A stretch of DNA of 64,000 bases, taken from assembly GCA_030614255.1 (NCBI GenBank), contig JAUWKI010000001.1:1603-65602 (forward strand), read 5' to 3'. The notes beneath the pieces were generated by a model that ran no database searches, was not told the origin of the DNA, and worked only from the letters and a program-made list of their open reading frames with translations. Source of the DNA: Actinomycetes bacterium. Its GTDB lineage: Bacteria > Actinomycetota > Aquicultoria > UBA3085 > Oleimmundimicrobiaceae. Shown in pieces: positions 1 through 10,184 of the stretch. Position 1 is the first letter of the stretch. The number at the start of each line of letters is the position of its first letter. Made by a program: the position numbers and the translations under genes.

Positions 1-634
1 ATTTTATGTAATTACTTTGGAAGTGCCCGATTTAAAAAGGAGTCATCTTGAGGTCGCGAAAGCGGCGATTGAAGGTGGGGCCACAGTCATTCAATTTAGA
101 GAAAAAAATAAAACCTCTTGTGAGTTGATTGAGATGGCCCGCGAAGTTCATAAAATTACGCAAACAGCAAATATACCTTTAATAATAAACGACAGACTTG
201 ATGTTGCTCAAGCAATTGGGGCTGAAGGGGTTCATCTTGGGCAGAAAGATATGCCTGTGAAAGTTGCGCGCAGGATACTTGGACCAGATTGTATAATTGG
301 GATGTCCTGCGGAAATATTGAAGAGGCTCTTGAAGCCGTGTGTGATGGGGTAACCTATATTGGAGTCGGTCCGGTTTTTCCAACCTCGACAAAGGAGGAT
401 GCACGTGAGCCCATCGGAATTGAAGGTCTTATTAAAGTTAGAAAAAGGGTTAGCATTCCTGTTGTGGCTATCGGGGGTATTTCAATTGAAAACATTGAAT
501 CGGTAATTGAGGCGGGAGCTGATGGGGTTGCGGTGATTTCTGCCGTAGCATTTTCTTCCGACATGAAAGCAGCCAGTTGCAGTTTATCTAAGAAAATAAA
601 AAGGGTCAAGGAGGCCAAATATGGGCTTAAATGA
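1..634 (+). CDS. thiE: thiamine-phosphate synthase ThiE, 5' partial (the ORF from 17 has no upstream stop in the window)
   Basis: Motifs ATVIQFREK and GVGPVFPTSTK (ThiE phosphate-binding loop); the reading frame stays open to the window edge; the 205 aa seen is slightly short for ThiE. Confidence 0.8.
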   Translation, partial: FYVITLEVPDLKRSHLEVAKAAIEGGATVIQFREKNKTSCELIEMAREVHKITQTANIPLIINDRLDVAQAIGAEGVHLGQKDMPVKVARRILGPDCIIGMSCGNIEEALEAVCDGVTYIGVGPVFPTSTKEDAREPIGIEGLIKVRKRVSIPVVAIGGISIENIESVIEAGADGVAVISAVAFSSDMKAASCSLSKKIKRVKEAKYGLK

Positions 635-1394
635 GGTTACGATTACAAAAGCAATTGTTGAAGAATTTCTGAATGTTTTTATGAAATATTCTGAGGTGGA
701 TATTGCTCTAGTTGGAGGGGGTCCGGCAAATCTAGTCGCGGCTACTTATTTAGCAAGAGAAGGGGTCAAGACCGTTTTGTTTGAGAAGAAGTTATCTGTG
801 GGTGGAGGAATGTGGGGAGGCGGTATGATGTTTCCTCGCATAGTGGTGCAGCTGGAGGCTTGCAGGATTCTTGATGATTTTGGAATACATTACACTGAAT
901 ATGAATCTGGTTACTATGTTGCCAACTCAGTTGAGTCAGTCGGTAAACTTATAAGTCGGGCTTGCGATTCCGGGGTTCAGATTTTTAATTTAATGACCGT
1001 TGAAGATGTGATGATAAGGGAAGATGATGCTATTGCTGGATTGGTAATAAACTGGACGGCTGTTGATATGGCCGGCCTTCATGTAGACCCCTTATCAATT
1101 TCCGCCGGTATTGTGATAGATGGAACCGGACACGATGCTGAAGTTTGTCGCATTGTCGAAAAGAAAATACCCGAGGCGAAGTTCAGCGTCAAAGGCGAAA
1201 AACCGATGTGGGCTGATGTTGGCGAAAAAGTTCTTTTAGACACGACAAAAGAGGTTTATCCTGGGCTCATTGTGGCGGGAATGGCAGCCAATGCTGTAGC
1301 GGGCGGACACAGAATGGGGCCCATTTTTGGCGGGATGATGTTGTCGGGAGAAAAAGCGGCTCAAATTGCCCTATCAAAACTGGGAGAGGATTAA
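621..1394 (+). CDS. thi4: Thi4/THI1-family thiazole synthase (putative sulfide-dependent type)
   Basis: N-terminal dinucleotide-binding VGGGPANL; C-terminal GMAANAVAGGHRMGPIFGGMMLSG typical of Thi4; GTGHDAE where the suicidal eukaryotic enzymes have the Cys-containing motif. Confidence 0.75.
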   Translation: MGLNEVTITKAIVEEFLNVFMKYSEVDIALVGGGPANLVAATYLAREGVKTVLFEKKLSVGGGMWGGGMMFPRIVVQLEACRILDDFGIHYTEYESGYYVANSVESVGKLISRACDSGVQIFNLMTVEDVMIREDDAIAGLVINWTAVDMAGLHVDPLSISAGIVIDGTGHDAEVCRIVEKKIPEAKFSVKGEKPMWADVGEKVLLDTTKEVYPGLIVAGMAANAVAGGHRMGPIFGGMMLSGEKAAQIALSKLGED

Positions 1395-2685
1395 AGTGAC
1401 TCTAATTAAAAGAATTCGAGCGGGTGAAATACCAGAAGATGTAAGAATCGTTGCAAAGAGTGAGTCGGTTAATCTCGATATTTTAACGGGAAAAATTGCT
1501 AGTGGAAAAGTAGTTATACCCAAAAACATTAATCATTCTGTCAATAGATTGGTTGGCATTGGGGAAGGTCTTACTACAAAAGTTAATGCCAATATCGGTA
1601 CATCGGAGGATTACCCTTTCCTTGAAGAAGAGTTAAAGAAATTGGAAGCCGCGGTTCAAGCGAAAACTGACACGATTATGGACCTCAGCACAGGCGGCGA
1701 CTTGGATTCAATTCGTAGGACAATGCTTAAAAAGTCGTCTGTTCCGGTTGGAACGGTTCCAATTTATCAGGCGGCTATTGATGCCAAGTCCAGATATGGA
1801 AGTATTATTGAAATGACCAAAGACCATATTTTTGAGGTTATCAGAAATCAAGCAAAAGATGGTGTTGATTTTATGACCGTCCACTGTGGCGTAACGCGAA
1901 AAGCCCTGGATGTTTTATGCAAAGAGGGGAGAGTAATGGACGTGGTGAGCCGCGGTGGGGCATTTACGATGGGATGGATTTTACATAACGATAAAGAGAA
2001 TCCTCTCTATGAAGAATTTGATGAATTGTTAAACATTGCAAAAGAATATGATGTTGTCTTAAGTCTCGGTGACGGAATGCGGCCTGGTTGTATAGCTGAT
2101 GCTACGGATGGTGCTCAGATTCAAGAGCTTTTAACCCTAGGCGAATTGGTAGACAGAGCTCTTGAAGCAGAGGTACAAGTGATGGTAGAGGGTCCGGGAC
2201 ATGTGCCTTTTGACCAAATAGAAGCCAATATTAAATTGGAAAAAGAGATATGTAAAGGCGCTCCATTTTATGTTCTGGGGCCCATTGTAACTGATGTTGC
2301 TCCAGGGTATGATCACATTACTTCAGCGATTGGCGGAACATTAGCGGCCTCGGCGGGCGCGGACTTTTTATGTTATGTCACTTCGCGTGAGCATCTTGGC
2401 CTACCAACTGTGGAAGATGTGAGAGAAGGGGTAGTTGTTTCCAGAATAGCCGCCCATGCGGCGGATATTGCTAAAGGAATTCCAGGGGCTAGAGAATGGG
2501 ATTTGGAGATGGCAAAAGCGAGACGGCTCTTGGATTGGGAAAATGAAATAAAATTAGCAATTGACCCCGAAAAAGCAAAAAGTGCATATGAGGAGAGAAA
2601 GAAGAAAGGCGAAGATGTCTGCACGATGTGCGGAAATTTTTGTGCTTTAAAGTTGGTAGATGAATATCTGGGAAAACAAGGGTAA
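1366..2685 (+). CDS. thiC: phosphomethylpyrimidine synthase ThiC (true start probably GTG at 1396, just after the thi4 stop)
   Basis: 439-aa ORF with C-terminal CTMCGNFCALK Cx2Cx4C cluster motif and overall ThiC-like sequence; RBS gggagagga ahead of 1396. Confidence 0.9.
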   Translation: MPYQNWERIKVTLIKRIRAGEIPEDVRIVAKSESVNLDILTGKIASGKVVIPKNINHSVNRLVGIGEGLTTKVNANIGTSEDYPFLEEELKKLEAAVQAKTDTIMDLSTGGDLDSIRRTMLKKSSVPVGTVPIYQAAIDAKSRYGSIIEMTKDHIFEVIRNQAKDGVDFMTVHCGVTRKALDVLCKEGRVMDVVSRGGAFTMGWILHNDKENPLYEEFDELLNIAKEYDVVLSLGDGMRPGCIADATDGAQIQELLTLGELVDRALEAEVQVMVEGPGHVPFDQIEANIKLEKEICKGAPFYVLGPIVTDVAPGYDHITSAIGGTLAASAGADFLCYVTSREHLGLPTVEDVREGVVVSRIAAHAADIAKGIPGAREWDLEMAKARRLLDWENEIKLAIDPEKAKSAYEERKKKGEDVCTMCGNFCALKLVDEYLGKQG

Positions 2686-2782
2686 AAAATTCAGCCCCCA
2701 GCATTCAGGAAAGGTGCAGGAACTTAAAAGCATGAAGCAAGAGAAGTCAACGATGGTTTTAGTAAGTTAGGTGTAAAAGCAT

Positions 2783-3784
2783 ATGTACATTGAAGACATT
2801 GGTGAATCGGGATTAATTGAAAGAATTTCTAATTTAGTCGGAGTTAAAAATAGAGATATAGTCGTTTCCATCGGGGACGATGCGGCCGTTGTTCGAACCT
2901 CTTCAGATTATTACACGCTTTTTACCACCGATTTTTTGATAGAAGGAGTTCATTTTGATCTTTCGACTATTTCAGCTTACCAATTGGGACGTAAATCCAT
3001 GCTTGTTAACATCAGTGATATCGCGGCGATGTCAGGCATGCCCACCTATGCCTTAGTTTCTTTGGGTATCAAGCCTAAGACCAAGGTTGAATTCATAGAA
3101 GAATTGTACAAGGGGATGCTAGATATATCTAAGGAATATGACTTTGCGATAGTTGGTGGTGATACGGTTACTTCCCCACATTCTTTATCGGTTAATATCT
3201 GCATGATTGGAAAGGTAGAGCCGAATTTTTTAAGAAAGAGGAGCGATGCAAAGATTGGAGACAAGATTTTAGTAACCGGTGAATTGGGTGCCTCAGCCGC
3301 CGGTCTTTTTTTATTGAATTCTAAGATAAAAATGGATGATATCCTGGTAAAATCTCATTTTGAGCCGGTTCCCAGATTGAAAGAAGCGAGAGTCTCAGCC
3401 GAGTGCGGAGCACATGCTATCGAGGACATAAGCGATGGTCTTGCTAGCGAAATATTTCATATTTGTGATGCTAGCGGAGTGGGGGCCTTTATATATCACG
3501 ATAGTCTGCCCATTGCCAAGAGAGTCAGAGATGTTGCGGAAGTTGCCGGAAAATCGGCTGAAGATTTCGCTCTTTATGGTGGGGAAGATTATGAAATTGT
3601 CTTAACGGTTGCTCCGGAGAGAGTGGAGGAGCTTATCAATCGAGTTCAATCTGAAACCGGGACCATCGTAAGTTTAGTTGGGGAAATTGTTGATGAAGAA
3701 AAAGGGATTTTTATCTTGACAAAGGATGGTATAAAAAAATCCATAACCAAGGGATATGATCACTTTGAAAAAGGAGTACTTTAA
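2783..3784 (+). CDS. thiL: thiamine-monophosphate kinase ThiL (AIR-synthase-related fold)
   Basis: 333 aa; AIRS N/C-like domains (GDDAAVV, ISDIAAMSG) within a thiamine cluster. Confidence 0.75.
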   Translation: MYIEDIGESGLIERISNLVGVKNRDIVVSIGDDAAVVRTSSDYYTLFTTDFLIEGVHFDLSTISAYQLGRKSMLVNISDIAAMSGMPTYALVSLGIKPKTKVEFIEELYKGMLDISKEYDFAIVGGDTVTSPHSLSVNICMIGKVEPNFLRKRSDAKIGDKILVTGELGASAAGLFLLNSKIKMDDILVKSHFEPVPRLKEARVSAECGAHAIEDISDGLASEIFHICDASGVGAFIYHDSLPIAKRVRDVAEVAGKSAEDFALYGGEDYEIVLTVAPERVEELINRVQSETGTIVSLVGEIVDEEKGIFILTKDGIKKSITKGYDHFEKGVL

Positions 3785-4570
3785 TTGAAAGTAAAGAAAG
3801 TATTGGTTGTTGGAGGCTCAGACCCAACCGGAGGCGCTGGGATTCAAGTGGATAGACTTACCGCTGTTGATTTGGGAGTTTATCCCTATAGCGTTTTAAC
3901 GACAATTATTGCTCAAAACAGTTACAGGGTATTGGAGGAAGAGAAGCTGTCTCCTGAAATAATTAATAGACAATTGGAGGCCATTTTTCTTGATTCGCAC
4001 GTTGATGCCGTAAAGACCGGGGTCCTTGCTTCCAGGGAGGCAATTGAGGTGATTTCGGATTTTTTTGAAGAATCCAAGGTGAAGAATCTTGTAGTTGACC
4101 CAGTATTTCAATCTTCTAGCGGCACATCTTTTCTTGGAGCTTCGGCAATTTCTTTAATGAAAAATCGTTTATTTGCAATTGCTCAAGTTGTTACACCAAA
4201 CATATTTGAAGCTGAAATACTCGCAGGTTTTCCTATAAAAAACTTTGATGATATGAGGGAAGCGGCTAAGAAAATAAAGATGTTTGGATCCGAATGGGTA
4301 TTAATCAAAGGAGGACATCTCCAGGGCGATGAGTGTGTCGATTTTTTGTTTGACGGAAATGCTGAATGGGAATATCCTGGCAAACGAGTAAATAAGAACG
4401 TTAGGGGAACTGGCTGTATTTTTTCTTGCGCGATTGCTTCCCAGCTTGCTTTAGGTGAAAATGTGCCGGAGGCAGTAGGGATAGCCAAAAAATATGTTGG
4501 GGATAGAATTTTAAATGCAATTTCTCTTGGGAAGGGTAGCCATCAATCCATTCCATCTTTTTTTTCATGA
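3785..4570 (+). CDS. thiD: hydroxymethylpyrimidine/phosphomethylpyrimidine kinase ThiD
   Basis: VVGGSDPTGGAGIQVD ribokinase/PfkB-like HMP kinase motif; TTG start abutting the thiL stop. Confidence 0.8.
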   Translation: MKVKKVLVVGGSDPTGGAGIQVDRLTAVDLGVYPYSVLTTIIAQNSYRVLEEEKLSPEIINRQLEAIFLDSHVDAVKTGVLASREAIEVISDFFEESKVKNLVVDPVFQSSSGTSFLGASAISLMKNRLFAIAQVVTPNIFEAEILAGFPIKNFDDMREAAKKIKMFGSEWVLIKGGHLQGDECVDFLFDGNAEWEYPGKRVNKNVRGTGCIFSCAIASQLALGENVPEAVGIAKKYVGDRILNAISLGKGSHQSIPSFFS

Positions 4571-4592
4571 GCTTGAGGCCGGGAAAGAATCG

Positions 4593-4781
4593 TTAAGCTT
4601 TTGTTATCTTGTTAGATTTAATACATCTTGTGCAGACATTTGCTTTTCTAACGTTACCGCTCTCGGTTATCCTTATAGTTTGTATATTAGCTTTCCACAT
4701 TTTTAACGTCTTCTTATGTGAATGGCTCACATTCTTTCCGAACAGTGGTCCTTTCCCACAGACTTCACACTTCTTTGACAT
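4593..4781 (-). CDS. rpmB: 50S ribosomal protein L28
   Basis: 62-aa MSKKCEVCGKGPLFG...CTRC zinc-ribbon L28; divergent from asp23/yloV as in Firmicutes. Confidence 0.9.
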   Translation of the reverse strand: MSKKCEVCGKGPLFGKNVSHSHKKTLKMWKANIQTIRITESGNVRKANVCTRCIKSNKITKA

Positions 4782-4879
4782 TTAAACACTCCTATTTCTA
4801 ATTATCTTTTCGCTCGAAAAATATTAGCATCATGGAGGGTCTTTTGCAAGAAGGTTTTATTCTTTGTATTTTTTTATTA

Positions 4880-4888
4880 TGTTATAAT
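4880..4888 (+). promoter_or_regulatory. putative extended -10 promoter element (TGtTATAAT) for the asp23-yloV operon
   Basis: tgttataat sits 44 nt upstream of the asp23 ATG in the divergent intergenic region; no good -35. Confidence 0.3.
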
Positions 4889-4931
4889 CGGCACAAGTTA
4901 TGGGTGTTTTTGTTTAAAGCTAGGAGGCACA

Positions 4932-5285
4932 ATGGGTGAAAATGAGGAGTATATTGGTCAAATAAATGTTGCCAATGATGTCATAGCTGATTTGGCGGGT
5001 TATGCTGCGCTTGAAAGTTATGGTGTTGTCGGCATGACAAGTTCCAGCCATAAGGTCGAAGTTGCCCAGCTGTTGACTCGCGATAAGCTGAAAAAGGGAA
5101 TTAGAGTTAAAATATCGGATGGCAAGGTCGAGATAGAATTGTACGTAATAATCGAGCATGGGACGAATTTAAGTGAAGTTGCTCGAAACCTCGTTGAACG
5201 TGTTAAGTATGAGGTTGAGAAATATACTGGATTTGAAGTAGCCAATGTAGAAATACACATCCAAGGTGTAAAAACGAGAAAGTGA
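4932..5285 (+). CDS. Asp23/alkaline-shock family protein (YloU-like)
   Basis: 117 aa with ANDVIADLAGYAALESYGVVGM Asp23 signature; directly precedes the DAK2 gene, the conserved yloU-yloV pair. Confidence 0.8.
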   Translation: MGENEEYIGQINVANDVIADLAGYAALESYGVVGMTSSSHKVEVAQLLTRDKLKKGIRVKISDGKVEIELYVIIEHGTNLSEVARNLVERVKYEVEKYTGFEVANVEIHIQGVKTRK

Positions 5286-5304
5286 TTTTATCAAAGGCCA
5301 TGTC

Positions 5305-6891
5305 ATGACAGAGTTAACCGCAAGCGATTTGCCAAATCTAATAAAAGCTTCTTTAAGCGCTCTTCGGAAACATGAAGAAGAGATAAATAAGCTTAATGTG
5401 TATCCGGTTCCAGACGGAGATACTGGAACAAATATGGTCTTTACCATGCAAGCTGTTTGCGATGAGTTATCGAAGTCTGAATGTGACACAACGGAAAATA
5501 TCTGCAAAATACTTACGCATGGTTCACTTATGGGTGGTCGAGGGAATTCAGGTGTAATTCTTTCCCAGATAATCAAAGGTTTTTGTGAAATTTTGTCTAC
5601 TAAGGAATTTATTGATTCAGTTTCTCTCGCGGAAGCCTTTGAGAATAGTGTGCAGGTTGCCTATAGGGCCATACGAAAACCTGTTGAAGGAACGATGCTC
5701 ACTGTTATCAAGGACGCAGCTGCAGCGGCAAAGAAATTTGATAAAGAAATTGAGCTGGATATATTTTTAGAGTATGTGTTGAGTGAGGCAAAGAAGTCTG
5801 TTATGAGAACACCAGAGCTTTTACCCGTCCTTAAGGAATCCGGAGTCGTTGACGCTGGTGGCTGGGGCCTGGTTCTTATGGGAAGCGGTGTTTTGTCTTC
5901 AATGAGAGGTGAGACAGAACATGAAGAGTTGACAGAATATAATATGCCTACTCTACAACATGTTGAGGATATTTCTCTTGAGTATCAATATTGTACTGAG
6001 TTTCTTTTAAAAAGCACGGGTATAGATATTTCAAAGTTTGAAGAACAGCTTGCACCCTTGGGAGACTCACTCTTGGTTGTCGGTTCGGAAACACTAACTC
6101 GTGTACATATACATACGAATGACCTCGGTACAGTTTTAGATTTGGCAACAAACAAGGGCTCTGTCACGGGAATAAAAATAAATAACATGCAAGAGGAGAG
6201 CGAAGAAAGAGCCGAAAAGATTGCTGAGGATACGAGCGGAATTGGACTCGTTGCTGTAGCTAATGGTGAAGGCGTTAAAAAAATACTATTAAGTTTGGGC
6301 GTCCAAAGAATTGTAAATGGTGGACAAACCATGAATCCAAGCACCGCCGATATTTTGAAAGCGGTTAAGGATGTTAACGCGGCAAAGGTCATCATTCTTC
6401 CGAACAATAAAAACGTAATCTTGGCTGCCCAGAGGGTTTCAGAATTAACAAAAAAAGAGATCGGTGTCGTTCCGACAAAGTCTATTCCCCAAGCTTTTTC
6501 GGCTCTTTTAGCTTTCGACAAGGATAACCCCCTTGCTTTAAATGTTGAAAACATGTCAAGCTTATTATTTCAAGTGAAAACCGGTGAAATAACAAAAGCA
6601 GTCAGGGATTCAAAAACCCCGATTGGCGAAGTTAAAAAAGGTGATTTCATCGGTCTCACCAATCACAAAGTAAGTGTTTCAGGAAAATCTTTTATAAAAA
6701 CGGCTACAAAGTTAATTGATAATATGCTCGATGATGAAAGCGAAGTTGTTACATTTTTGTTTGGTGAGGGGATACAGGAAAAAGATTTAGAGAAATTGTC
6801 AAAAATTATTTCAAAAGAACATTCTGACATAGAGATCGAAATTCATGAAGGAGGACAAGCTCTTTATCCATTAATAATTGGGGTTGAATAA
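5305..6891 (+). CDS. yloV: DAK2-domain fusion protein YloV
   Basis: 528 aa; DGDTGTNM DAK2 motif near the N-terminus; partnered with asp23. Confidence 0.8.
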   Translation: MTELTASDLPNLIKASLSALRKHEEEINKLNVYPVPDGDTGTNMVFTMQAVCDELSKSECDTTENICKILTHGSLMGGRGNSGVILSQIIKGFCEILSTKEFIDSVSLAEAFENSVQVAYRAIRKPVEGTMLTVIKDAAAAAKKFDKEIELDIFLEYVLSEAKKSVMRTPELLPVLKESGVVDAGGWGLVLMGSGVLSSMRGETEHEELTEYNMPTLQHVEDISLEYQYCTEFLLKSTGIDISKFEEQLAPLGDSLLVVGSETLTRVHIHTNDLGTVLDLATNKGSVTGIKINNMQEESEERAEKIAEDTSGIGLVAVANGEGVKKILLSLGVQRIVNGGQTMNPSTADILKAVKDVNAAKVIILPNNKNVILAAQRVSELTKKEIGVVPTKSIPQAFSALLAFDKDNPLALNVENMSSLLFQVKTGEITKAVRDSKTPIGEVKKGDFIGLTNHKVSVSGKSFIKTATKLIDNMLDDESEVVTFLFGEGIQEKDLEKLSKIISKEHSDIEIEIHEGGQALYPLIIGVE

Positions 6892-6970
6892 AAAATGTTA
6901 AATAGCATTAAAGGCAAATAGTCGTAAAAAAAGTAAAAACATGTAAGTTGTTAGCTTATTGAGTAGTTAG

Positions 6971-7849
6971 TTGAGCAGCCAAAGACAAATGGAGGTAATA
7001 AAGATGGGAAAAGTCGCAATTGTCACTGACAGTACCGCCGATTTTGAACTTTCCTACTATAAGAAAAATGATGTTTGCATGGTGCCTTTGATGGTTCGTT
7101 TCAAAGAAGAGTCGTTTAAGGATTGGGTTGACATCAAACCAAAAGAATTTTATAAAAAACTAAGGGCCTCAGATGTTCTTCCAAAGACATCTCAGCCAAC
7201 TGTTGCCCAATTTGAGGAAGTTTATAAAAAGCTATCAAAAGATTGCTCGCACATCGTTTCAATTCATATCTCCTCGAAGTTGAGCGGCACGATTCAGTCG
7301 GCCCAAATTGCAAGTGAACATATTGATATCCCCGTTGAGATAATTGATGGAAAATCGGGGTCTGTATTGACCGGTATCTTAGTTGATTTAGCTGTTAGGG
7401 CGCGCGATGATGGAAAAACCGCCGAGGAAATAGTCCAAATTGTCAATAAAGCACGGGATAAAGCAAAATTTTTATTTGTTGTCGATACTTTAAAGTATCT
7501 TCATTTAGGCGGGCGCGTTGGAAAAGCACAAGCGTTAGTTGGCGGCTTACTAAAGGTTAAGCCGATTCTTACGCTGGAAGATGGCTTGGTGGCCCCTTAC
7601 AAGAAAGTAAAAGGAACCAGAAAGGCCATACAGGAAGTTGTTTCTACCGCAAAAGAAAGCATAGACCAAGATAAACCTTATTGTTTAGTTGTTGCGCATG
7701 CTGATGCTCCTGACAATCTAACGTATTTAAAGGAACTCCTCTTGAAAGAAGGGTTTAAATCAAGCCAAACAATCGAGGGCGAGGTTGGTGCTGTTATCGG
7801 AACACATGTCGGCCCCGGGGCTGTCGCATTAGTTTATTATCAGGAATAA
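6971..7849 (+). CDS. DegV-family fatty-acid-binding protein
   Basis: 292 aa; AIVTDSTADF N-terminus typical of DegV/EDD domain proteins. Confidence 0.8.
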   Translation: MSSQRQMEVIKMGKVAIVTDSTADFELSYYKKNDVCMVPLMVRFKEESFKDWVDIKPKEFYKKLRASDVLPKTSQPTVAQFEEVYKKLSKDCSHIVSIHISSKLSGTIQSAQIASEHIDIPVEIIDGKSGSVLTGILVDLAVRARDDGKTAEEIVQIVNKARDKAKFLFVVDTLKYLHLGGRVGKAQALVGGLLKVKPILTLEDGLVAPYKKVKGTRKAIQEVVSTAKESIDQDKPYCLVVAHADAPDNLTYLKELLLKEGFKSSQTIEGEVGAVIGTHVGPGAVALVYYQE

Positions 7850-7853
7850 TTTT

Positions 7854-10145
7854 ATGGCTGAAAAGTTTTTAAATAGGTTAGTAGAGCTTGAGGAAAAATT
7901 TGGTATAAACAACACCTCGGTAATTGGGGGATTCACCCAATACCTTCAAAGCATAGATTGCGCATTGCCTGGCTTTAAATCTTGTTCGACGCTCAATCAA
8001 GCGAATACTTTAAAGGATATGGTTCTATCCTTCGAGAATTCTTCAAAATTTGACTCAATTGAGAAAATTGCCTTACTCGACGAGCCAATAGAATCTGCGA
8101 AACATGTAGGAACCACGATTGGCAGACGCTTTAGGCGACTGGGTATCGAAACCTTAAGAGATCTTCTATGTCATTTTCCACATAGATACCTTGATTTCGC
8201 CGAGATTAGAAAAATATCGGAGGTTAAGGTCGGGGAGGAAGTTACCGTAGTTGGTACCGTTAAAGATATTAAAAAACGCATGGGTCGAAGTGGAATTCGA
8301 GTCCTGAGTATCGGAATTTTTGATGGTACGGGTTATGTCTACGGAACATGGTTTAATCAGAGTTACATCGCTAAGAGATTAAAAGAAGGAACAAGGGTTG
8401 CTTATAGCGGTAAGATTATTTACAGATTTGGGTTAATGCAAATCCAAAACCCACTCTTTGATGTGGTTGAAGATGACAATTTTAAATCAGTTAATACCGG
8501 CCGCATTATCCCGATATACCCAGCCACACAAGATCTTTCGCCTGCGTTAATAAGAAGGGTGATTAGGAATGTGCTTGCTGAATTTATTGACATACTCGAT
8601 TACATGCCTGTTGAAACCAGGAGAAAACTAGGTCTTCCGAATCTTTTATTTAGCTTGCAAGAAATACACTTTCCCTTGTCTAAATCCAACTTGAAAAAAG
8701 CAAAAAACAGACTTCTTTTTGACGAACTTTTCTTGATGCAACTCGGGCTTGCTCTAAAAAAGAAGAGATTTGAAGAGAGTATGGTTGGAATCAAGCATGT
8801 TGTTAAAGAAAACAAGCTGGACCAGTTTTTCAAGTTGTTACCTTTTAAATTAACGACTGATCAAAACAACGTCATTAAAGAGATATATGAGGATATGGCA
8901 AATTCGCGTCCGATGAGTCGTCTGCTGCAAGGTGAGGTTGGTTCAGGCAAAACGGTAGTTGCTTTAGCCGCTTTACTCACGACGGTTTCTTGTGGTTATC
9001 AAGGGGCGATTATGGCGCCAACAGAAGTGCTTGCCAATCAACATTTTCTCAAAATGAAAGAGATATTAGATAAGCTTGGGGTTAAATCCGTGAGTTTAAC
9101 CGGGAGTATTCCCGCTAAAAAGAGAGAGGAATTACAAGAGGGAATATGCAATGGGGACACAGATATTATTATCGGCACACATGCCTTGATTCAAGAGGGA
9201 GTTGAATTTAACAACCTGGGGTTGGTTGTTGTAGACGAGCAGCATCGCTTCGGGGTTGAGCAGAGGATGAAATTAAAAGAAAAAGGAGTTTATCCCGACG
9301 TTTTAATAATGACTGCAACACCAATTCCAAGAACTCTATCGCTTACCTTATATGGTGATCTCGATATATCAATTATAAAAGAGCGACCCGGTGGAAGAGA
9401 TCTCTCTGAATATGTTGAAACTTATGTGTGCAACAATCGGCATCGAAAAAGAGCATACGAAAAGATACGGAGTGAGGTCAAGAAGGGTAGGCAGGCGTAT
9501 ATAATTTGTCCTCTAATTGAAGAGTCGGATAAACTTGAGGCCAAAGCGGTTAAGGATGAGGTTATTTACCTGAGAAAAGAGGTATTTCCCGACCTTAGGG
9601 TCGGGGTGATTCACGGGAAGCTTAAATCTAAAGACAAAGATCAAATTATGAGAGAGTTTCGTGAGAATAAGGTTGATATACTTATCTCAACCACGGTAGT
9701 TGAGGTTGGTATTGATATACCTAATGCTTCAGTTATGTTGATTGAAAACGCGGATAGATTTGGTCTCTCACAGCTTCACCAATTAAGAGGTAGAATAGGT
9801 CGGGGAGAACACAAGTCTTACTGTATATTATTTGCTGATCTTGCTACGGAAGAGTCCAAAGCTAGAATGAAGGCAATAAAAGAGATAAAGGATGGTTTTA
9901 AACTGGCAGAAGCGGATTTGGAAATCAGGGGGGAAGGTCAGCTTTTTGGCACACGTCAGTCCGGTCTTCCCGACCTCAAACTTGCCAAATTGACGAGAGA
10001 TATTGATGTTCTTCTTATGGCTCGAAAGGAAGCTTTTGCTATTATAGAAGCTGATCCAGAGCTCAGTTTGTCTATTGATAAACCGTTGATGAGGGTGGTA
10101 AAGCAACGATTTTCGAAAAATCTAGATTGGTTGTTTCAAAACTGA
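7854..10145 (+). CDS. recG: ATP-dependent DNA helicase RecG
   Basis: 763 aa; Walker A GEVGSGKT; VVDEQHRFG (DEQH box); helicase C motifs; N-terminal wedge domain. Confidence 0.9.
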   Translation: MAEKFLNRLVELEEKFGINNTSVIGGFTQYLQSIDCALPGFKSCSTLNQANTLKDMVLSFENSSKFDSIEKIALLDEPIESAKHVGTTIGRRFRRLGIETLRDLLCHFPHRYLDFAEIRKISEVKVGEEVTVVGTVKDIKKRMGRSGIRVLSIGIFDGTGYVYGTWFNQSYIAKRLKEGTRVAYSGKIIYRFGLMQIQNPLFDVVEDDNFKSVNTGRIIPIYPATQDLSPALIRRVIRNVLAEFIDILDYMPVETRRKLGLPNLLFSLQEIHFPLSKSNLKKAKNRLLFDELFLMQLGLALKKKRFEESMVGIKHVVKENKLDQFFKLLPFKLTTDQNNVIKEIYEDMANSRPMSRLLQGEVGSGKTVVALAALLTTVSCGYQGAIMAPTEVLANQHFLKMKEILDKLGVKSVSLTGSIPAKKREELQEGICNGDTDIIIGTHALIQEGVEFNNLGLVVVDEQHRFGVEQRMKLKEKGVYPDVLIMTATPIPRTLSLTLYGDLDISIIKERPGGRDLSEYVETYVCNNRHRKRAYEKIRSEVKKGRQAYIICPLIEESDKLEAKAVKDEVIYLRKEVFPDLRVGVIHGKLKSKDKDQIMREFRENKVDILISTTVVEVGIDIPNASVMLIENADRFGLSQLHQLRGRIGRGEHKSYCILFADLATEESKARMKAIKEIKDGFKLAEADLEIRGEGQLFGTRQSGLPDLKLAKLTRDIDVLLMARKEAFAIIEADPELSLSIDKPLMRVVKQRFSKNLDWLFQN

Positions 10146-10184
10146 ATCTCATCACATTAAATTTTTGGTGGCTGAATTTTAAAA

